Positions 38,267 through 52,870 are shown, counted from the first letter of the stretch. The stretch: 64,000 nucleotides of DNA from Octopus vulgaris (GCA_951406725.2 OX597824.1:35774001-35838000); one strand, 5' to 3'. Notes: generated by a model not told the origin, from the sequence alone. Made by a program: numbers and translations.

Positions 38267-38445
38267 ACATACATATAAACGACGGACTTCTTTCAGTTTC
38301 CGTCCACCAAATCCACTCACAAAGCTTTGGCCGGCCAGAGGCTATAGTGGAAGACACTTGCCCAAGGTGCACCAGGCAGTGGAACTGAACCCGGGACCAT
38401 GTGGTTGGTAAGCAAGCTACTTACCACACAGCCACTCCTGCGCCT
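38025..38445 (-). mobile_element. SINE family B, full-length antisense
   Basis: Complete reverse complement ending CAGCCACTCCTGCGCC. Confidence 0.92.
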
Positions 38446-39139
38446 ATGTATATGTACGCATATACATGTATGTATGTATGTATGTATGTATGTATGTATG
38501 TATGTATGTATGTATGTATGTATGTATGTATGTATGTACGTATACATATGCACATGTGTGTGTATGTATATATGAGTATGTGTGTGTAGTCGTGTTTTAT
38601 AATTCCATTAACATCTTACTAAGCGTTATACGAATGTAAGTTCGTCCCTAAATATTTCACTTCGTTTTTTTTTTTTTTTTCTTTTTATCTACCTCCGAGA
38701 GGAAGACAATACTGCACCCGCTTCCCCCACCCGGGGTAGTTTTAAACTCAAAACATATGGCGCCAAGGGGCCAAACTAAACACCGCTAATCGTTTTGCTC
38801 TCTGCTCTATTCTGTCTCTGCATACACTACATGCGTGTTTGTATGCCTGTATAAACCTTTTGTTAGCTGAGTATATATATCAACAGTTACTCGAATGCCC
38901 TGACTTTCGCGTCACGACATTGATGAACCAATTTGAAAAATGCCTCGATGTGGATTAATTCCTATCATTCTCCGCCAATAGAATGTACTCTATTTCATGT
39001 ATTGAGTTCACGTTTATTTGCAAAGCCAAGCTTACAATATCTCTTTCTCTCTCTCTCTCCCTCCCTCTCTCTTGGGCGCAGTAATTTTTCAATGGCGGTG
39101 CTCCAGCATGGCCACAGTCATTGGACTGAAACATATAAG

Positions 39140-40359
<1,220 letters not shown>

Positions 40360-40360
<1 letters not shown>

Positions 40361-40543
40361 CGTGGAACAAGCTGCCAGACGAGATGGTGAAGATGCCGAC
40401 GACCGCTTTGTTCAAAGCCTCCCTGGACCTCAAGTGGCCTGAACTCTTTACATGAACACCACCCTGTACTTAACTCCATGTCCCCCTACATGGCCTTGCT
40501 ATTTGCTTTTGAGACAAATTAACTAACTAACTAACTAACTAAC
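40360..40543 (+). mobile_element. CR1-type LINE 3' end (5'-truncated) inserted in (TA)n
   Basis: [31 protein letters not shown] (WNxLP...FK..LD motif of the CR1 ORF2 end), stop at 40453-40455, short 3' UTR, (TAAC)6 tail. Confidence 0.9.
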
Positions 40544-40562
40544 ATATATATATATATATATG

Positions 40563-40603
<41 letters not shown>

Positions 40604-40630
40604 CTATGTATATATCTATATATGTGTGTA

Positions 40631-40708
<78 letters not shown>

Positions 40709-40710
40709 CA

Positions 40711-40881
40711 TTTAAAATAGTTTGATTCGGTTCTATGCAACCTAAAGTCTCTCAGGCCCCTTAACAGAAACCTAGCTCGTTCAGACTTAATAACTAAGAC
40801 CTGATCCTGAACGAGCTGGGTTTCTGTTTGGAGCCTGCGAAAACTTTTCAGACGCATGGAACCGAACCATGCTGTTTTAAA
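40711..40881. mobile_element. Palindromic foldback element (MITE-like)
   Basis: TTTAAAATAGTTTGATTCGGTTCTATGC / GCATGGAACCGAACCATGCTGTTTTAAA and AACAGAAACCTAGCTCGTTCAG / CTGAACGAGCTGGGTTTCTGTT pair; a related end fragment occurs near 61313-61350. Confidence 0.8.
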
Positions 40882-41121
40882 TAATAATATATATAACTCT
40901 GATTAAATATGTTTAATGCCTCCTACTTCTGTTTGTTCGCCCAACCATGCGTGTGTGCGTGTGTGTGTGTGCGTGTGCGTGTGTGTGCGTGTGCGTGTAA
41001 GATAGATAGACAGAGAGACAGACAGGCAGATAGATAGATTGGTTGAAAGATACGCATAGACACAGATAACGCATAGGCACAGATAGATAGAAAGAGACAG
41101 ACATACACAGATCGATCGATC

Positions 41122-41180
<59 letters not shown>

Positions 41181-41205
41181 TGATAAATAGACAGATAGAT
41201 AGACG

Positions 41206-41252
<47 letters not shown>

Positions 41253-41321
41253 GGATGGATGGATGGATGGATGGATGGATGGATGGATGGATGGATGGAT
41301 GGATGGATGGATGGATGGATG

Positions 41322-41416
<95 letters not shown>
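41122..41416. repeat. (GATA)n(GATG)n(GATA)n tetranucleotide array
   Basis: Directly visible; a similar array lies at 47365-47528. Confidence 0.97.
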
Positions 41417-41418
<2 letters not shown>

Positions 41419-41515
41419 GTATACTTACACAGATATTCGAACGGGTTACGGCACTGTAGATCGATCTCATAACAATTTGCATGTCACTGACTGCTTGTAA
41501 ACATGTTGAAAGCAA

Positions 41516-41558
<43 letters not shown>

Positions 41559-42614
41559 TGTGCGTGTATGTGTGCGTGCTATTGAAATGTCTAACGAAGT
41601 ACCACTTAACTCCAGCTGATGGTTCGAACATTTGATTTTCTTAACTTTTTTGTTTCTCTAAAGATCTGTCTCTCACTGTAACTATCTTCATATTACCTCT
41701 ACTTCCACCCCCTCTTTCTCTCTCTTCCTCTGCTTTTCTCTTTCATGCTTTCTGTCTTTCCATCTCTTCGATTTCACACCTAAACATGTCCCGCTCACCT
41801 CTAATCAAGTAACTCCAAGAACAAAAGCGTTCCAAATGTGGTTATCCCGTTTTTTTTTCTATGATTAGTATTACATCGTCCAATGTATTTTCTTTTCTCA
41901 AAACTTTAAAGTGTGATTTAGCTGCTACTTCTAGCATTATTTGAGGTCACATAGAAACTACCTCATTGACTCGTGTTAGACTAATTACCCATAGTTCCGT
42001 AGCAACAAGATGGCTTCCGCAATGTTCTGCCTTGTTTAACACAACGATTACATACTGCCAATTAACACCATTAGCTAATGATGATGACGTGATTAGCGCA
42101 AGAACACAGGAATACAAGAACATTTTGCTCTTGTTCACAGCCTTAAATGTTTGCGGGATTACGCTATTTTTCGGTAGAACAGACACGACATGAAGACATG
42201 AAACGAAGGCTTATTTTTGTTGCACTCTTCATAAGCGGGCATCAGCCCTGGGTCTATAAAGGCCGGTTACTCGGTTTCTATGGCGTATAAATGACCGAGA
42301 TCGTATTTCCCCTGATCAGGGCGCCGCTCCATTTGCAAGTGTTCAAGATCAGCAATATCTGTTTCAAATTTTCTTTCAAGAACAGCAATCTTGAGAGGTG
42401 GGGAACAAGTCGATTACATCAGTTCCCCCACCCCCGAGTTTGACTGATATTTTATTTCTATCACTCCGAAGAGATGAAAGGCAAATGCTACTTCAGCGGG
42501 ATTTGACCCCAGAACATAAAGAACCAGAAGAAATGCTGCTCAGCACATTTTGTCCGACGCGCTAACGATTCTACCAGCTCCCCGCCCCTATCCACACATT
42601 TACATACATATTTT

Positions 42615-42893
42615 GTCTTTTACTTGTTTCAGTTATTAGAATGTGGCCATGCTGGGGCACCACCTTGAAGAATTTTAGTCGAAGGAATCGACCCCGGTAC
42701 ATTTTTAAAAGCCTGGTACTTATTCTATGGGTGACTTTTGCAGAACCGCTAAGTTATACTAAGTTACACACCAACACTGGTAGTCAAGCTGTGGTAGGAT
42801 ACAAACATACACACACACATACACACACATACATACATACATACATACATACATACATACATACATACATACATACATACATACATACATACA

Positions 42894-42925
<32 letters not shown>

Positions 42926-43111
42926 CATACATACATATACAGAAAGCTTCTATCAGTTTCCAAAATCCAATTACAAGACTTTGGTCGAACGTTGTCTATA
43001 TATATATATAGTAGAAGACACTTGCCCAAGGTGTGCCAGGCAGTGGGACTGAACTCGGAACCATGTGGTTGAGAAGCAAGCTTTTTTTCCACACAGCCAC
43101 GCCTGCGCCTA
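42615..43111 (-). mobile_element. SINE family B, antisense, with expanded internal (CATA)n
   Basis: Tail, body and head recognisable; preceded by an antisense family A copy at about 42360-42590. Confidence 0.88.
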
Positions 43112-43713
43112 TTAATAATAACGAGAAAAAAAACCCCAAAAAAAAACATTAACTCATTGATCCCAGCTGTTTCCAATAACCATTCCAAAGAATCTGAACA
43201 TTCCTGACATATCTATTTGACGACCATTATGTAGTTTTGAGTAGCTATCAGCTTTCAGACGGCTACAACAAGACATGCTTTTAGTGCTCATGTTTAAAGT
43301 GTATTTCTGTCTAACGATGTGTCCCCGTCAATTGTTGATCCCTGAGACCACCAGATATTTAGGATAAGCTGCGGATTAGCTGTCTTATCATCTACCTTGT
43401 TATTTTATCTCGTTCTTCTTATCCTGTGTTATATCTTCGCCGTCCTGTCTATCAATCTCTCCGTCTGTCTGTTTCACTCCCTGTCAACTGCTTGTCACTT
43501 GGCTGGTTTGTCTATTTTAGCAGCCTATCATATACACATACCTATCATATATACAGCACACACACACACACACACATACACAGAGACACACACACACATA
43601 CACACATATACACACGTATATACAAACATACACATATAAACACATATAAACACGTATATACATTCACACACACGCATACATACATATATATGTATGTATA
43701 TATATATATATAT

Positions 43714-44032
43714 ATAACATAAGGGACTAAAGCCATCTGAATATGGCTAGGGACAGGGCAGGGTGGTGGGGGTGTTACTGTTGCATTTAGCCCCAGGCGA
43801 ACATCGACGTCACCAGAAAGGCTCGACACCGTCACGGTGTCCTTATCCTGCAATAATAATTCTCTAAAAGAGATATAGACAGTAACTGCTCGATAACATA
43901 AGGGACTAAAGCCATCTGAATATGGCTAGGGACAGGGCAGGGTGGTGGGGGTGTTACTGTTGCATTTAGCCCCAGGCGAACATCGACGTCACCAGAAAGG
44001 CTCGACACCGTCACGGTGTCCTTATCCTGCAA
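43714..44032 (-). repeat. Two identical 140-bp direct repeats separated by 39 bp, embedded in (TA)n
   Basis: 43714-43853 equals 43893-44032 by eye; homologous to 23341-23462 on the opposite strand. Confidence 0.93.
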
Positions 44033-44038
44033 AGGGAG

Positions 44039-44070
<32 letters not shown>

Positions 44071-44210
44071 GTATATATATATATATATTAGAAAAATTGA
44101 GGTAATCAGATCAGATGGTTCATATTTGTAGATATTTATTTATATATTACATTTTTTACATATATATCATATCATTCGGATTAGCGCTTGCTCCCATTCT
44201 AGTGGGTTTT

Positions 44211-44259
<49 letters not shown>

Positions 44260-44388
44260 TGTTCCACGTCCTAGCGTTGTTGTGTTTTCTCTTTGCGTTT
44301 TCATGTTTGGATTAACTATATATATATCTAATTTTGTAGTATATGTATATATGTATATATGCAATTGAAAAGTAGGTTAACTCTTATA

Positions 44389-44453
<65 letters not shown>

Positions 44454-44869
44454 AGGTCTGTGTTTGTCACACGCATACACCTCTTGACAACCGATGTTGG
44501 TTTATTTACGCCCGCATAATTTTACATTTCGGCAAAAGAGACCGGTAGAATAAGCATCAAACTAAAAAAAAGAAAAAAAGAATGAAAGAAAGAAACATAT
44601 GTGCTGTGGTTTATTTGTTCGATTAAAACCCTTCGACGTGGTGCTCACGCATGGCAACAGTTCAATGACGGAAACAAATGAAAGAAAATATTACTTATGA
44701 ATAGCGTTGATGTTATATAAATCATTCATGCCAAACCGTTTGACTGAAGGCCGTGACGATTTGCTGAGAGATTTAGAGACAAACAAAATAATAGCAAATG
44801 TCATCCATCGGGTAATTCAATTCAAAATTATATAAACGTCGTCTTTACTATTTTAAGGCAGCAGATTGT

Positions 44870-45175
44870 AAATGCGTATGGCTCAGTGGTTAGAGTATTC
44901 GGCTAACGATCGTAAAGCCGTGAGTTCGATTCCCGGCTGTGCGGTGAGTCATTGAGTAAGACGTTTTATTTCACTTTGCTTCAAGAATGCGTTGTACCTG
45001 TAATTCAAAAGGCCAGCCTTACCACAATCTGTTCCTTGCTGCATTTCCCTGAGAACTACGTTAAGGGTACTGGTGTCAATGGAGCGGTCAGTCACTTGCA
45101 TGTTACTTTTTACGAGCAGGCTGTTCCGCTGATCGGATCAATTGGAACCCACGTCGCATAAACGATGCAATGCCA
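44870..45175 (+). mobile_element. CORE-like SINE family C
   Basis: Same head and tail as 20148-20480. Confidence 0.85.
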
Positions 45176-45247
45176 GTTATGTCTGTAGATTCCAGGTTAC
45201 AAAACACCAGTAATACAGAGGTGTATAATTAATAAGCACATCTTAGA

Positions 45248-45680
45248 AGGCTGCGAGCTGGCGGAATCGTTAGCACGCCGGGCGAAATGCTTAGCGGTAT
45301 TTCGTCTGCCGCTACGTTCTGAGTTCAAATTCCGCCGAGGTCGACTTTGCCTTTCATCCTTTCGGGGTCGATGAAATAAGTAGCAGTTACGCATTGGGGT
45401 CGATATAATCGACTTATTCCGTTTGTTTCTCCTTGTTTGTCCCCTCTGTGTGTAGCCCCTTGTGGGCAGTAAAGAAATAAGAAACTTTAGCTCGCCGGGC
45501 GAAATGCTTAACGGTTTTTCGCCTGTCTTTACGTTCAGACTTCAAATTCCGCCGAGGTCGACTTTGTCTTTCATCCTTTCGGGGTCGATAAATTAAGTAC
45601 CAGTTGCGTACTGGGGGTCGATCTAATCGACTGGCCCCTCCCCAAAAATTTCGGGCCTTGTGCCTGGAGTAGAAAAGAAT
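45248..45680 (+). mobile_element. SINE family A dimer (two different tails)
   Basis: First unit ends in the GTGGGCAGTAAAGAAATA tail; second unit ends in the CCCCTCCCAAAAATTTCGGGCCTTGTGCC tail. Confidence 0.9.
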
Positions 45681-46062
45681 ATAGGCCTCTTAAGCCATGT
45701 ATTATGTATAACAACGTTGTTTATGGTGAGATTATGGCTGTTTCGTTACACGTTGTAATCTTATGTAAAAGAGAGAGTGATTTCTTTCTGCATCCAATTG
45801 ATCCAGGATGCAGTCGTTGCTGTCACTCCTGACTCACGTCATCACATCTCACTATCGCCTGTGACATGCAGCTGGTCCCTTTTAACATGTTTTCTTTCAT
45901 TTTCTCCCTAACAATTCAGATGCATGCATTTAGATAGACAAATATACATGTGTGTGAAATGTGTTATTATGTATATATGCATTCAAAATGTGACCGCGTG
46001 TGTACCGTTGGCGATTTTTTTCCCCCTCTGTCTTCCCTTCTCTGGATCTTTCCTTCTCCTAT

Positions 46063-46097
46063 GTTTCCGACGAAGAGCTCCGCTCGAAACGTTAAAC
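46063..46097 (+). ncRNA. Minimal hammerhead-ribozyme-like motif in a Penelope-like short repeat (about 45985-46200)
   Basis: Identical to 28275-28309; the surrounding 190 bp are homologous and end in GGATTAACT followed by (TA)n. Confidence 0.65.
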
Positions 46098-46192
46098 CCT
46101 CCTTCTTTCCTTCTTTCCTGAGCGTCCAATAATGCTATATTTGTTGCACGTCCTCGCGTTGTTGTGTTTTTTTTGTGCTTTCTTGTTTGGAT

Positions 46193-46234
<42 letters not shown>

Positions 46235-46240
46235 CATACA

Positions 46241-46308
<68 letters not shown>

Positions 46309-46442
46309 ATGTGTGTATATGTATATACACGCGCGCACACACACACACATATGTATATATACTTGTAACATATATGTGTATATATGTATATAAACATACA
46401 TGTGTGTGTATATATGTATGTGTGTACGTGCGCGTGCGCGTG

Positions 46443-46473
<31 letters not shown>

Positions 46474-46725
46474 CAATATAACATTGTGACTCCCGTCAGG
46501 TAACAACTGATTAAAGTAGGCAAATTGGCAAGGTTTGTAGACTAATAAAGTAAGCTGACACATGTTCTCTTCTACTCTAGGCACATGGGCCCGAAATTTT
46601 TTTGCGGAACAGGGCCATTCATCCCTTCGGGGTCGATGAATTAAGTATCAGTGAAACCCTGGGGTCGATGTAATCGACTAATCCCCTCCCACAAATTTCA
46701 GGCCTTATGCCTACAATAAGAAAGA

Positions 46726-46781
<56 letters not shown>

Positions 46782-46843
46782 CATTTTGTCCCTTTATGTT
46801 TTCCAGTCATAATGTCAGCTCCTGTGGCCAATAAAAGAATTAA

Positions 46844-46919
<76 letters not shown>

Positions 46920-46922
46920 GTA

Positions 46923-47125
46923 AAGTGGTGAACTGGCAGAATCGTTAGCACGCCGGGCGAAATGCTTAGCAGTATTTCGTCTGCCACTACGTGCTCTGTT
47001 CAAGATCCGCTGAGGTCGACTTTGCCTTTTATCCTTTCGGGGTCGATTAAATACGTACCAGTGAAATACTGAGGTCGAGTAATCGACTAGTTCCCTCCCC
47101 ACCAAATGTCAGGCCTTGGGCCTGA
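46923..47125 (+). mobile_element. SINE family A after an (ATT)n tract
   Basis: Head, core and alternative tail recognisable. Confidence 0.85.
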
Positions 47126-47396
47126 ATTATTATTGTTTTTTATTATCTGATTCGTCACAATATGACAACAACTATAATTGACGCTGTCGAAAGCGACTGA
47201 TATGGCTAATTCTGCTGGCAGTGCCGCTGTGCTAAGGTAAATATCCGTTCACTAAAATATTAATTCCTGTTTGTTGGCATAGCAATTCAGTGACACGCAA
47301 ATTTACTGCTATGCAACGTAAGCAGCATGTTTTTTTTTTTTTGCACGCTGACAGACCAGGCACAGATGAATGAATGAATGAATGGATGGATGGATG

Positions 47397-47443
<47 letters not shown>

Positions 47444-47843
47444 GGATGGATGGATGGATGGATGGATGGATGGATGGATGGATGGATGGATGGATGGATG
47501 GATGGATGGATGGATGGATGGATGGATGGGGGTGTGTTTGTGTGTGTGTGTGCTTGTGTGTGTAGGTCTGTGCGTGTGTATCTGTTTCTGTGTGTGTGTG
47601 TGTGAATCTAAGTAAGCTTACGTATGTGCTTACGTATGTAAACAAGTTTTCATGTGCATGTTTGTAATGCATATGTGTGCGCGCGCATGTTGTATCGTCA
47701 CGGGGTTGTTTATGCAAGTATCTTTATTTACAAAGTAACTTTAGAGAGAAAGTTGAAAAAAAAAAAAAATTAATGCACTAAGTAAACATATTGTGTATTC
47801 TTGTCCAGGCCACTTCATCAGATATCATATACATGCATACTTA

Positions 47844-48074
47844 TTTCGTTATTACCCACAAGGGGCTAAACACAGAGAGGTCAAGCAAGGACAGACAAAG
47901 GGATCAGGTCGATTACATGGACCCCAGTGCGTAACTGCTACTTAATTTATCGACCCCGAAAGGATGAAAGGCAAAGTCGACCTCGGCGGAATTTGAACTC
48001 AGAACGTAACGGCAGACGAAATACGGCTACACATTTCGCCCGGCGTGCTAACGCTTCTGCCAGCTCGCCGCCTT
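47844..48074 (-). mobile_element. SINE family A, antisense, flanked by about 160-bp direct repeats
   Basis: Flanks 47682-47843 and 48082-48242 are near-identical unique sequence. Confidence 0.92.
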
Positions 48075-48289
48075 GCCAGCTCGCGCATGTTGTATCGTCA
48101 CGGGGTTGTTTATGCAAGTATCTTTATTTACAAAGTAACTTTAGAGAGAAAATTGAAAAAAAAAAAAATTAATGCACTAAGTAAACATATTGTGTATTCT
48201 TGCTCAGGCCACTTCATCAGATATCATATACATGCATACTTACATCCACCTATACCTTACATCCATCCACACATGCCTTTGTAGTTCGT

Positions 48290-48518
48290 TTATCTTTTAC
48301 TTGCTCCAGTCATTGGACTGCAGCCATGAAGACTTCTTAGTCGAATGAATCAACCACAATTACTATTTCGTGTGTGTGTGTGTGGGGGGGGGGGGTTTAA
48401 AGCCTGGTACTCATTCTATACGTCTCTATTACCGAACCGCTAAGTTACGGGGACGTAAACATACCAGCCTCGGTTGTCAAGCGATGTTGAGGGGACAAAC
48501 ACAGACACACAAGCATAT

Positions 48519-48571
<53 letters not shown>

Positions 48572-49397
48572 CGACGAGCTTCTTTCAGTGTCCTACCAAA
48601 TCCACTAACAAGGCTTTGGCTGGCCTTAGGCTATAGGAGGAGACACTTGTCCAAGGTGACACGCCAGTGGTTTTCAACCAGGGTTCCGCGGAACCTTAGA
48701 GTTCCGCCAGTACAGTCCAGGGGTTCCGCAAGAAGTTACAAAACTGCTAAAATCGGCAGTAATTTTTAATTCCCCTGTGCAGATATTTGTGCATAAGACT
48801 ATTAAATTATTGCACAGGGAATGTTTCCTTGGAATTCCGCTCCAGCAAAAAGTTTGAAAAGCACTGTAACATGCAGTGGGACTGAACCCGGAACGATGTA
48901 GTCGGGAAGCAAGCTTCTTACCACACAGCCACGCCTACGCCTATTTATATACTCTTTACTCTTTTACTTGTTTCAGTCATTTGACTGCGGCCATGCTGGA
49001 GCACCGCCTTTAATCGAGCAACTCGACCCCGGGATTTATTCTTTTGTAAGCCCAGTACTTATTCTATCGGTCTCTTTTGCCGAACCGCTAAGTAACGGGG
49101 ACATAAACACACCAGCATCGGTTGTCAAGCAATGCTAGGGGGACAAACACAGACACACAAACACACACACTCATATATATATATATACATATATACGACG
49201 GGCTTCTTTCAGTTTCCGTCTACCAAATCCACTCACAAGACTTTGGTCGGCCCGAGGCTATAGTAGAAGGCAGTTGCCCAAGGTGCCACGCAGTGGGACT
49301 GAACCCGGAACAATGTGGTTGGTAAACAAGCTACTTACCACACAGCCACTCCTGCGCCTATTTATATAGGCGTTACAATTGTAATTTATATAGGCGT

Positions 49398-49459
<62 letters not shown>

Positions 49460-49592
49460 GCTTCTTCCAGTTTCCCTCCACCACATCCACTCACAAGCTT
49501 TTGATCGGCCTGAAGGTATCACGCAGTGGGACTGAACACGGAACAATGTTGTTTTGAAGTAAACTCCTTACCACACAGCCACGCCTGCACCT
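48290..49592 (-). mobile_element. Three consecutive antisense SINE family B copies (48290-48942, 48950-49359, 49455-49592)
   Basis: Each ends in CCACACAGCCAC.CCT.C.CC; the first copy is split by a hAT MITE. Confidence 0.9.
48665..48866. mobile_element. hAT-type MITE
   Basis: Termini CAGTGGTTTTCAAC / TTTGAAAAGCACTG, subterminal GTTCCGC repeats, and an imperfect 8-bp TSD TGACACGC / TAACATGC. Confidence 0.85.
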
Positions 49593-49694
49593 ATATTTGC
49601 CTCACACACATATAATTTAGTCAACCAGTGAGAAACCCAAACCCTTATTTTCTATTATCTACCTCTATATTTACAGAGATAAGTAATAATAATA

Positions 49695-50546
49695 ACGGTT
49701 TTTAATTGTGGTACAAGTTCAGCAGTTTCACTTTAGTGGTAAGTCGATTACATGGAGCCTAGTGCTTAACTAGTACTTAATTTATCGATCCTGAAAGGAT
49801 GAATGTCAAGGTCGACCTCGACGGAATTTGAACTCAGAACGTGCAGTTGGAAGAAATGTCGCTAACCAGTATTTTTTTTCCAGCGTGCTAACGATTCTGC
49901 CATCTCGCCGCCTTCCAATAAAAATGATCCTTTCTATTATAGGCACAAGGCCTGAAATTTTGGGGAATAAGTTAAATCGATTACATTGACCCCAGTGTTT
50001 AACTGGTACTTTTTTTATCGACCCCGAAAGGATGAAAGGTAAAGACGACCTAGACGGAATTTGAACTCAGAACGTAAAGACGGGCGAAATACCTATTTCT
50101 TTATTACCCACAAGGGGCTAAACACAGAGGGGACAAACAAGGACAGACATAGGTATTAAGTCGATTACATCGACCCCAGTGCGTAACTGGTACTTAATTT
50201 ATCGACCCCGAAAGGATGAAAGGCAAAGTCGACCTCGGCGGAATTTGAACTCACAACGTAAAGACGGGCGAAATACCGCTATGCATTTTGTTCAGCGTGC
50301 CAAAGAATTCTGCCAGCTCGCCGCCTTCCAGTAATAATAATAATCCTTTCTCGAAATTCGGGGGAGGGGGCTAGTTGATTACCTTTGACTCCAGCACTCA
50401 TTCAACTGGTACTTATTTGATCGACCCTAAAAGGATGAAAGGCAAAGTCGACCTCGGCGGAATTTGAACTCAGAACGTAGCGTCAGACGAAATACCGCTA
50501 AGAATTTCGCCCGGTGTGCTGACGATTTTGCCAGCTTGTCGCCTTC
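49695..50546 (-). mobile_element. Array of antisense SINE family A units
   Basis: Four core copies, including a dimer with the junction at 50093/50094. Confidence 0.9.
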
Positions 50547-50698
50547 CATAATAATAATAAATAATAATAATTCCCTTCCTGAAGCTTGACAGACTTTTTT
50601 CTACAGCATTTATTTACTTTAACATGAACCGAACATAAACATGCACATATGTCATTATATATGTTTACCTCTGTATACATACTCACGCACGCACACAT

Positions 50699-51182
<484 letters not shown>

Positions 51183-51666
51183 GGTACATACGTACAAATG
51201 TGAGTGTGGTGAACATTTTAAACTGTAGACTTACATTTAACTTTGTATGCTTGTATTCATCGCGTAATCTCATAAAAATAGTCGGCAAAAAAAAAAATTA
51301 TATTCTTCTGTGTGTGCATGTTTGTGTGTGTGTGCGTGTGCTAGCGTACGTGCGTGCGTGTGCACTGTACGTAATATGTTTAGAACTAGATTTCACAAAA
51401 GAGTTTAAGCAATGTCTTTGATAAAATGGTAATTCTTACATTGTCAGCTGCTATTCCTGTTTTGTTTGCTTTGGGTGGAAGAAATGTCACTTGTCACGTG
51501 ACATAATATTTTTCCGCTTGCTGTTAAACACTAATGTAAGGGAGGTAACTCACTTGGTCTTTGCCAGGAAAACAATTTAGTTTAAAAAACACGCCGAGCC
51601 GCTTTTATATACTCTTTTTTTTTTACATAAACGCACTCTCAGCTCTGTTTGTGTCTGTTTGTTTGC

Positions 51667-51742
<76 letters not shown>

Positions 51743-51816
51743 GGGAAATAATCCTAGTCTTAGTATTTTAACGATCGCTGTTAACGATGTCTGACACTTA
51801 ACTCTACTTGTCATAT

Positions 51817-52248
51817 CGGATCTTTTCGGTTTGAACCGCAGTTTTTAACATAATTTCTAGGTAACTAAAACATTTTAAACTTCGTATACTGGTAGAATGT
51901 GTTTATAAAACATCTTTTTCTCTTGGATTTATTGAGAAAATTCTATAGTTTGTAAGATATTTGTTGTTGTTTTCCTTCAATTTCTGCAATTTCAACCAAT
52001 CAATTACGTCTATTGAGGTAAAAAAAAATTATGTGCCGTATGAATATGACCCTCGTTTAAGAAACAGATTGGGTTTATTTACATTTGTGAAGAAAAAAAG
52101 ATACCCTTCCCCCACCCCTAACCCGAACTCTAACCCTAACCCTAAAACAGATAGAAATGCAATAGATCGATACTAGGGTCATAATTATGGGTGACAATTT
52201 CATACGACACCGCTAGAAAAAAACTGCCGTTCAAACCGAAAAGATCCG
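51817..52248. mobile_element. Non-autonomous TIR element with 6-bp TSD and internal telomere-like repeats
   Basis: TIRs CGGATCTTTTCGGTTTGAACCGCAGTTTTT / AAAAACTGCCGTTCAAACCGAAAAGATCCG; flanks TCATAT / TCGTAT; CCCTAA-like repeats near 52115-52146. Confidence 0.88.
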
Positions 52249-52344
52249 TCGTATCTAAATAAACTTACATTTTATATAGACAACGTTTTCTCATTAAAGT
52301 ATAGAAAGACATCGATGTAACTGAATAAAATTTCGTAACAATTA

Positions 52345-52870
52345 TTAGTTTCGAATTTTAGCACATGGCCAACAATTTCGGAGGAACGAGTAAGTCGATT
52401 ACATCGACCCTAGTACTCAACCGGTACTTATTTTATCGACTCCGAAAGGATGAAAGGTAAAGTCGACCTCGGCGGAATTTGAACTCAGAACGTAACGGCC
52501 GACGAAATACGGCTACGCATTTCGTCCGGCGTGCTAACGTTTCTGCCTGCTCGCCGCCTTCAGACGGATGCATTACCGCACAGCGTATAACCCGCGGTGC
52601 AATTGTGCCAGCTCGTCGCTTTTTAAATGCTGTACTAATAATTATTATTTTCACATACATTCTATGAATATTCGGTAAGGGCGCAGGTGTGGCTGCGTGG
52701 TAAAAAGTTTGCTTCCCAACCACATGGTTCCGGGTTCAGTTCTGCTGTGTAGCACCTTGGATAAGTGTCATCTACTATAGCTTCAGGCGGACCAAAGTAT
52801 TGTGAGTGGATTTAGTAGGTAGAAACTGAAAGAAATCCGTCGTATATGTGTTATGCACACGTGTTATGCA

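Noticed and set aside
43714-44032. Repeat-spacer-repeat layout suggestive of CRISPR or LTRs
   Set aside because: Eukaryotic context, 140-bp repeats, only two copies, no cas genes, and no TG...CA termini or primer-binding site.
51492-51503. Perfect palindrome TGTCACGTGACA (E-box/CLEAR-like), and AP-1/CRE-like motif clusters near 42085 and 45830
   Set aside because: Short motifs arise by chance in 64 kb; no independent evidence of regulatory function.
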